Source: Candidatus Odinarchaeia archaeon (GTDB taxonomy: Archaea; Asgardarchaeota; Odinarchaeia; Odinarchaeales; Odinarchaeaceae). Taken from it: a DNA stretch of 31,136 bases. The position numbers and the translations under genes were made by a program. The notes under the pieces were generated by a model. It was given only the letters and a program-made list of their open reading frames with translations. It was not told where the DNA came from and did not search any database. The DNA lies in contig JAHQXC010000005.1 in NCBI GenBank assembly GCA_029856525.1, forward strand, positions 1 through 31,136, given 5' to 3'. This document shows, piece after piece, positions 26,003-31,136 of this stretch (its first letter is position 1; every line of letters starts with the position of its first letter).

Positions 26003-26394
26003 ATATTTCTAAAACATATAGTAAGAAAGTGTTAGATCACTTCACTAACCCGAGGAATGTAGGCGTGTTAGATAACCCGGATGGTGTAGGAGTGGTCGGT
26101 AACCCTGTGTGCGGCGACTTAATGGAGATTCAGATTAAAGTGAAAGATGACGTGATAACAGATATTAGATTCAGAACATTCGGATGCGGTGCAGCTATCG
26201 CAACAAGCAGTATGATCACGGAGATGGCTAAAGGTATGCGGATCGATGAAGCTTTGAAATTAACTAGGAAGGATGTAGCAGAGGAGCTGGAAGGGTTACC
26301 GCCTATAAAAATGCATTGCTCGAATCTAGCCGCCGATGCTTTACACGCAGCTATAAAAGACTATCTTAAAAAAACAGGGAGGCAGGCTCCCTGA
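25999..26394 (+). CDS. iscU: IscU/NifU-N Fe-S cluster scaffold
   Basis: YSKKVLDHFTNPRNVG, CGD, FGCGAAIA and LPPIKMHC. ATGA overlap with iscS. Confidence 0.95.
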   Translation: MNISKTYSKKVLDHFTNPRNVGVLDNPDGVGVVGNPVCGDLMEIQIKVKDDVITDIRFRTFGCGAAIATSSMITEMAKGMRIDEALKLTRKDVAEELEGLPPIKMHCSNLAADALHAAIKDYLKKTGRQAP

Positions 26395-26683
26395 AAAAAT
26401 TCTATTTTCTCTTTTCATCTATTAATATTTGTTAAAGTAGAATAGATGGACGTTAAGGTTTGAAGGCTAGTGTTTTTCGATTGAAAAACCAGTGGAGAGT
26501 AAGCGTTATTCTCTAATAGAATAATAAACGCTATTTTAATCCTAGTTTACAATCTCCCTCCCCTGTGGGATAAAGACCATTGTGTTATAGTGTACACTTA
26601 GATTATTAAAATACAGCTGGGGCCTTATCGTTAAGTAATAGATAGTGTCAAATTTTTATTTTAGGATACGCTAAATTTACTCG

Positions 26684-27451
26684 GTGTTTCATGTGATTCC
26701 GTTAGGTGTTTTTCTACTCGGCCCTGGAGGTGTCGGTAAAACTTCTCTTATGAAGTCTCTTATCGATTTAACTGTTGAAAATAGTATAAGCTGCGCTGCT
26801 GTCAACCTTGATCCAGGCTGCTCATCTCTTCCTTTTCAGACGATTTTCGATGCACGGGATATCGTAACCGTTGATGCTTTAATGGCTGAAGAGAAGGTTG
26901 GGCCTAACTATGCTATGATAGAAGCGTTTACACGTGTAATCGAGGAGCGGGTTAAAATCTTTAATATTATAGCTGAGCTTAAACCTGAAATCGTGTATTT
27001 TGACACACCTGGTCAGATGGAGGTTTTTCTATTTAACCGTGAGACTCCTGTATTCTTATCTGAAGTATCTAGTTGCGTGAAGCCGATCGGTGTTTTCATC
27101 ATGGATAATATGATGGTTAAAGATGCTTGTAAACTCGTTGTCACCGAGCTTCTCAGTTTAAGTTTTCAACTCCACTTAGAGATTCCGATGGTGACAGTTA
27201 TAAATAAAGTTGATTTAGGTGTCCCGGAGGATATAGATAAACTGGTTAAAGACACAGGATATCTGATTAGTAAAGTGGAGGCGGAGAAAACCGGTTTAGA
27301 AAAGGATTTAATACTCGGCTTAATACCGAGTCTTAGAGATGTTCGAGGTTCAACTAGAGTTGTTTACACTTCAACTCGAACAGGTTCAGGTATCCGAGAT
27401 TTATTTAATATTATTCATGAGGCTTTCTGCGCGTGCGGTGATCTCACTTAA
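26684..27451 (+). CDS. GPN-loop GTPase
   Basis: GPGGVGKT, NLDPG, GPN loop, DTPGQME, NKVD and C-terminal CACGDLT typical of archaeal members. Confidence 0.9.
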   Translation: MFHVIPLGVFLLGPGGVGKTSLMKSLIDLTVENSISCAAVNLDPGCSSLPFQTIFDARDIVTVDALMAEEKVGPNYAMIEAFTRVIEERVKIFNIIAELKPEIVYFDTPGQMEVFLFNRETPVFLSEVSSCVKPIGVFIMDNMMVKDACKLVVTELLSLSFQLHLEIPMVTVINKVDLGVPEDIDKLVKDTGYLISKVEAEKTGLEKDLILGLIPSLRDVRGSTRVVYTSTRTGSGIRDLFNIIHEAFCACGDLT

Positions 27452-27934
27452 AAGCGCATCATAATATGTGTCTTTGAAATTCTCGTACTCTTCTATTCCT
27501 ATTTCAAAGAGTTTATCGAAGTCGACTTCTTCTCCTACCCCTAAACCGGGGCAGTTTAACCCTATTATCGCTAGATGGAATACTTCCCCTTCCTCTGTTT
27601 TTCTAGTAGCAATTATTTTATACGGTCTTTTAGGTTTAACCTCCTCCGGTAAAACTAGAAAGGGGAAGATCCTGCATATTAGCGGTCTAAGTGTGTAAAC
27701 TGTGCATTTATTGTCTTTAAGAAAACAGCATGGGTATCTTTCTCTCACACCCATAAGAGAGTTAGTTGAATAGACGAGGTTTCCTTTAGCTTGGCGGGGT
27801 TGATGCTTTTTTAAAATTTCCTCTCTTATCCGCTCGTCTTCTGATAAGCGGTACACATCCGCGTAGCTTACTATAACCTCTGCTCCGCAGCATTTACCGC
27901 ATTTTTGACATGTAAACCTTATTTTCTCGCTCAC
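27401..27934 (-). CDS. YkgJ-family (CxxCxxCC) Zn/Fe-S cluster protein
   Basis: FTCQKCGKCC, CCFLKDNKCTVYTLRPLICRIFPF and NCPG. Confidence 0.85.
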   Translation of the reverse strand: MSEKIRFTCQKCGKCCGAEVIVSYADVYRLSEDERIREEILKKHQPRQAKGNLVYSTNSLMGVRERYPCCFLKDNKCTVYTLRPLICRIFPFLVLPEEVKPKRPYKIIATRKTEEGEVFHLAIIGLNCPGLGVGEEVDFDKLFEIGIEEYENFKDTYYDALLSEITARAESLMNNIK

Positions 27935-27936
27935 AG

Positions 27937-28326
27937 TTATTCTTCTCCGTTAACGCGTTTAACTGTTCTGGTCGCTATTAAATTCGCTCCTAAATCTAGG
28001 ATATTCTCTACGATGATTTCACCTCTTTTAACCGGGGCGTTGACTTGAAGATTTTTAATAATATTCATTACGTCGAATATTCTCTTTTTAGGTATAGGTT
28101 TATCTGTTCGAACACTTAGAAGCGGTAGATCACCGTTCACGACTCTAATTGAAGATGTAACTGTTCTAACCGGGTTCTCAACCTCTTCTCTAGCCCAGAA
28201 CTCTCCTCTAGCGCATTTAGCCCCTTCCACGCTGATCACGTTTACTGTTCCAAGCTCGTTTTCAGTATAATCCACGCTGATAGGGCATCCCTGGGGGCAG
28301 AGAATACATACTAGCTTCTTATTCAT
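27937..28326 (-). CDS. DUF1667 metal-binding small subunit
   Basis: VCILCPQGC, GAKCARG, NPVRTVTSSI and APVKRGEII. True start is ATG 28326, in an ATGA overlap with the upstream gene. Confidence 0.88.
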   Translation of the reverse strand: MNKKLVCILCPQGCPISVDYTENELGTVNVISVEGAKCARGEFWAREEVENPVRTVTSSIRVVNGDLPLLSVRTDKPIPKKRIFDVMNIIKNLQVNAPVKRGEIIVENILDLGANLIATRTVKRVNGEE

Positions 28327-29573
28327 TCGCAAACCTCCACGTGAATCTTCTCCGCGTTTAACGTGTATTCTCCTTTCAAATCAGCTTTCAACATTTCAGA
28401 CGGGGTTACTGAAGGGCAATGTTTCTGGATTATCTTATTTCCGTCTACTATAATATTTAGTGTTTTATTCTTTCCCGGTTTATAGACTCTGAAGAAAAGG
28501 CTTGTATCTAAGCCTGGTATTATTTTCTGGGGGACTGCGCTTCTCACATTCTCGCCGAGTGTGATAGTTATCTCTTTTCTATCAGGCTCAGGAAGCTGGT
28601 TTAAAGCATATTTAGCAGCCCATAACCCTGCTTTCCGCGCTTCCACAGTTACATAATCTACAAGATCGTTTACATGGAGTACATTACCGCATGCGAATAT
28701 TCCTTTAACAGATGTTTGAAGCATACTGTTAACCACAGGGCCCTGTGTTCTCGGATCTATCTCCACTCCAGCTTGACGGCTTAACTCGTTTTCCGGGATT
28801 AACCCAACTGAGAGTAGGACTGTGTCGCATGGAATTATCTTCTCAGTTCCAGGTATGGGTTTAAGATTTTCATCCACTTTAGCGATTTTAACCGCTTCCA
28901 CTCTATCTCTGCCAAGTATCTCTGTTACAGTGTGGCTTAGATATAAGGGTATGTTATAGTCTTCTAAGCATTGCACTACGTTTCTTCTTAGACCGTATGG
29001 GAAGGGCATGATTTCAACTACAGCTTGGATTTTCACGCCTTCAAGTGTTAGTCTTCTAGCCATTATAAGACCTACATCCCCTGACCCTAATATTACAGCG
29101 GTTCTCCCGATCATTAAATTCTGAAGGTTTATGAAGTTTTGAGCTAAGCCTGCGGTGTAAACTCCGCTAGGCCTGGAGCCGGCTATCTTAATAGCTCCTC
29201 TAGTTCTCTCCCTGCACCCCATCGCTAAAACAACTGCTTTAGCTTTAATCAAGTGATATCCGTTTTTATTAGCTACATATAATTTCTTGGAGGGTGTTAA
29301 CTCTAGTACCATGGAGTTAAGCATGTAATCTATTTTTAATTCTAAAAGTTTTTCAATGAATATCTCCGCGTATTCCGGTCCTGTTAAAGATTTATTGAAT
29401 AAAACTAAGCCGAATCCGTCGTGTATACACTGATTTAATATACCTCCGAGGCGGCTCCCCCTCTCTATTAAGAGTACTTTTTCAGCTCCGTTTTCTTTCG
29501 CTGAAATAGCTGCGGCTAAACCAGCCGGCCCTCCGCCTATAACCGCCACGTCGACTTCAATCTCGTTTAGCAT
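28323..29573 (-). CDS. NAD(P)/FAD-dependent oxidoreductase (pyridine nucleotide-disulfide family; NADH-oxidase-like partner subunit)
   Basis: GGGPAGLAAA, GGILNQCIHDGFG, LAMGCRERTRG, GSGDVGLIMARRL and FACGNVLHVNDLVD. Confidence 0.9.
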   Translation of the reverse strand: MLNEIEVDVAVIGGGPAGLAAAISAKENGAEKVLLIERGSRLGGILNQCIHDGFGLVLFNKSLTGPEYAEIFIEKLLELKIDYMLNSMVLELTPSKKLYVANKNGYHLIKAKAVVLAMGCRERTRGAIKIAGSRPSGVYTAGLAQNFINLQNLMIGRTAVILGSGDVGLIMARRLTLEGVKIQAVVEIMPFPYGLRRNVVQCLEDYNIPLYLSHTVTEILGRDRVEAVKIAKVDENLKPIPGTEKIIPCDTVLLSVGLIPENELSRQAGVEIDPRTQGPVVNSMLQTSVKGIFACGNVLHVNDLVDYVTVEARKAGLWAAKYALNQLPEPDRKEITITLGENVRSAVPQKIIPGLDTSLFFRVYKPGKNKTLNIIVDGNKIIQKHCPSVTPSEMLKADLKGEYTLNAEKIHVEVCE

Positions 29574-31038
29574 CGTCTTCCTCCTCCTCTCGAACCCGCC
29601 CTGTGAAAAGATATGAACCCGGGCTCTTCAACGTGATTTCCTTGTATGGTGTTTTCAAATCGTTTTGTAGAATTGAAATTATTTTCGCAGTGCAGAATCC
29701 ACCTTGACATCTCCCCATCATAACACGTGCACGGTATTTTAACCCGCTTAATGTTTTAACTCCTAAAATATTATTATAAGCGTCTAACACTTCTTTTTTA
29801 GATACATGCTCGCATCTGCAAACAATCTCCCCGTATAATGGTTCTTTTCTTATCAGCTCAGCTCTCTGCTCATGTGAAAGCTCAGCTAATCTTATAGGCG
29901 CCGGCCTGATCGGGTTGAAGTCTTCTCTAACACTTAACTTGAGCACTTCGCTTATCATCTCGGTAACATGTTTAGCTATCGGTGTTGAAGCTGTTAAACC
30001 AGGTGATTCTATTCCAATCAAGTTTATGAAGTAGCTGTCTTTTCTATTTTCAATCACATAGTCTCCTAGACCCCCCTCTTCTTTACTTTTATTTTTAGCT
30101 CTAATCCCTGCGAAAGCGGTTATAGAATCATGCGAGGGGAGTTCTGGAAGGATTTTTCTAGCCTCCTCTATTATCTGGTTTATTCCAGGCATAGTCGTAG
30201 AAGTGTCATCGCGGTCATCGATGAAATCCGCAGTCGGTCCTAGCAGTATAGGGCCTTCAACAGTTGGCGTAATATGTACGCCTAATACAGATTTATCTTT
30301 AGGCGGGACATGATAGATCATTCTAGTTAAAAGATGACTCCACCTTTTATCCACTAAAACGTATTCTCCGCGGCATGGATAGATTTTATACTCTGTGTAG
30401 CCGATCATAGACGCTATTCTATCAGCTTGACAGCCTGCGGCGTTTACTACAAGCTCCGCTCGCGTGTAGTCTCCTCCATGATATATTTTGAAGTAACCGT
30501 TTCTCTTATCTATACCTGTGACTTCACTGTTAAACTTGAATTTAACGCCGTTCATCGCCGCGTTTTCAGCGTACGCTATTGTTAAAAGATAAGGGGATGT
30601 TATCGCGCTGTTAGGCGAATATAAGGCTGCAACACCCTCTACACCCGGCTCCATCATCTTCACGGTTTTCCGATCTACTATGCTTAAACCTTTAACACCG
30701 TTTTTTAACCCGGTTTCTAACAGGTTTTCTAACTCTTTAATATCCTCATCATTCTGCGCTATTACTAGTTTACCTATCCTCTTATACGGTACACTTAGCT
30801 CTCTGCAAAGATTCTCGAATATTTCATTTCCTTGAACGCAAAACCTTGCTTTCAAAGAGTTAACCGCATTATTAAAACCCGCGTGCACAACCCCGCTGTT
30901 AGCTTTACTAGCACCGCTGCAAACATCTGATCCTCTCTCTAAAACGATTGTTTTCAAATTATACTTGGACAGCTCTCTAGCGATAGCGCAGCCTACTACG
31001 CCTGCGCCTATAACAGCGACGTTAAATATTTCCTTCAA
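29557..31038 (-). CDS. GlpA/LhgO-like FAD oxidoreductase with C-terminal BFD-like [2Fe-2S] domain (probable glycerol-3-phosphate dehydrogenase subunit)
   Basis: GAGVVG, SKANSGVVHAG, PCRGEY, GIESPGLTAS, and C-terminal CRCEH...GRCQGGFC. TTG start. Confidence 0.85.
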   Translation of the reverse strand: MKEIFNVAVIGAGVVGCAIARELSKYNLKTIVLERGSDVCSGASKANSGVVHAGFNNAVNSLKARFCVQGNEIFENLCRELSVPYKRIGKLVIAQNDEDIKELENLLETGLKNGVKGLSIVDRKTVKMMEPGVEGVAALYSPNSAITSPYLLTIAYAENAAMNGVKFKFNSEVTGIDKRNGYFKIYHGGDYTRAELVVNAAGCQADRIASMIGYTEYKIYPCRGEYVLVDKRWSHLLTRMIYHVPPKDKSVLGVHITPTVEGPILLGPTADFIDDRDDTSTTMPGINQIIEEARKILPELPSHDSITAFAGIRAKNKSKEEGGLGDYVIENRKDSYFINLIGIESPGLTASTPIAKHVTEMISEVLKLSVREDFNPIRPAPIRLAELSHEQRAELIRKEPLYGEIVCRCEHVSKKEVLDAYNNILGVKTLSGLKYRARVMMGRCQGGFCTAKIISILQNDLKTPYKEITLKSPGSYLFTGRVREEEEDDAKRD

Positions 31039-31136
31039 GCTTTATCACTTTTATCTTTTGAATATTTAACGCAGTATTATAAAAACAGATATATACTTTA
31101 CGATGACGTGACGGCATAGTTTTAAAATTCTCCGTC

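Noticed and set aside
3363-27698. Short ORFs antisense to or nested in confident genes (3363-3599, 3777-4001, 4996-5178, 5843-6043, 8953-9138, 9538-9756, 10663-10851, 11446-11682, 13915-14127, 15694-15969, 16618-16857, 17589-17825, 18107-18421, 24243-24482, 24934-25131, 27468-27698)
   Set aside because: They overlap well-supported genes on the opposite strand and have no recognisable motifs or SD support.
1-31136. tRNA, rRNA, CRISPR arrays, IS elements
   Set aside because: I saw no T-loop/cloverleaf pattern, regularly spaced repeats, transposase motifs or terminal inverted repeats with target duplications. This was a manual read, so short or intron-split RNAs could be missed.

Overview
AT-rich (roughly 35-40% GC by eye), gene-dense archaeal chromosomal window with GGTG(A/G)-type Shine-Dalgarno motifs, TATA-like promoters and U-tract terminators. 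Archaeal origin follows from the gene content (split GMP synthase B subunit, AMP phosphorylase, archaeal GPN GTPase). An Asgard-type origin such as Odinarchaeia is my unverified inference. In order, the window holds: a NikR-family regulator divergent from a ZnuABC-type metal ABC transporter; an APC permease with a USP-like tail, a demi-Lrp and a USP; an ACT/DUF711 pair; a complete AMP/pentose-bisphosphate module (form III-type RuBisCO, R15P isomerase, AMP phosphorylase) with a SerK-like ParB/Srx-fold protein inserted; further nucleotide-metabolism genes; an orphan coiled-coil repeat protein; a second APC permease preceded by a 49-nt palindrome; a compositionally distinct split LigD pair (ligase + primase-type polymerase) with no Ku nearby; a YHS-TusA-DsrE-IscS-IscU cluster; a GPN-loop GTPase; and a GlpA-like flavoprotein operon. 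The strongest lead is the sulfur/Fe-S operon, whose IscS lacks the PLP-binding lysine (SANS instead of SAHK) but keeps the catalytic-loop Cys and sits beside two sulfur carriers. No tRNA, rRNA, CRISPR array or transposase was recognised. All family and residue comparisons are from memory, not database searches.
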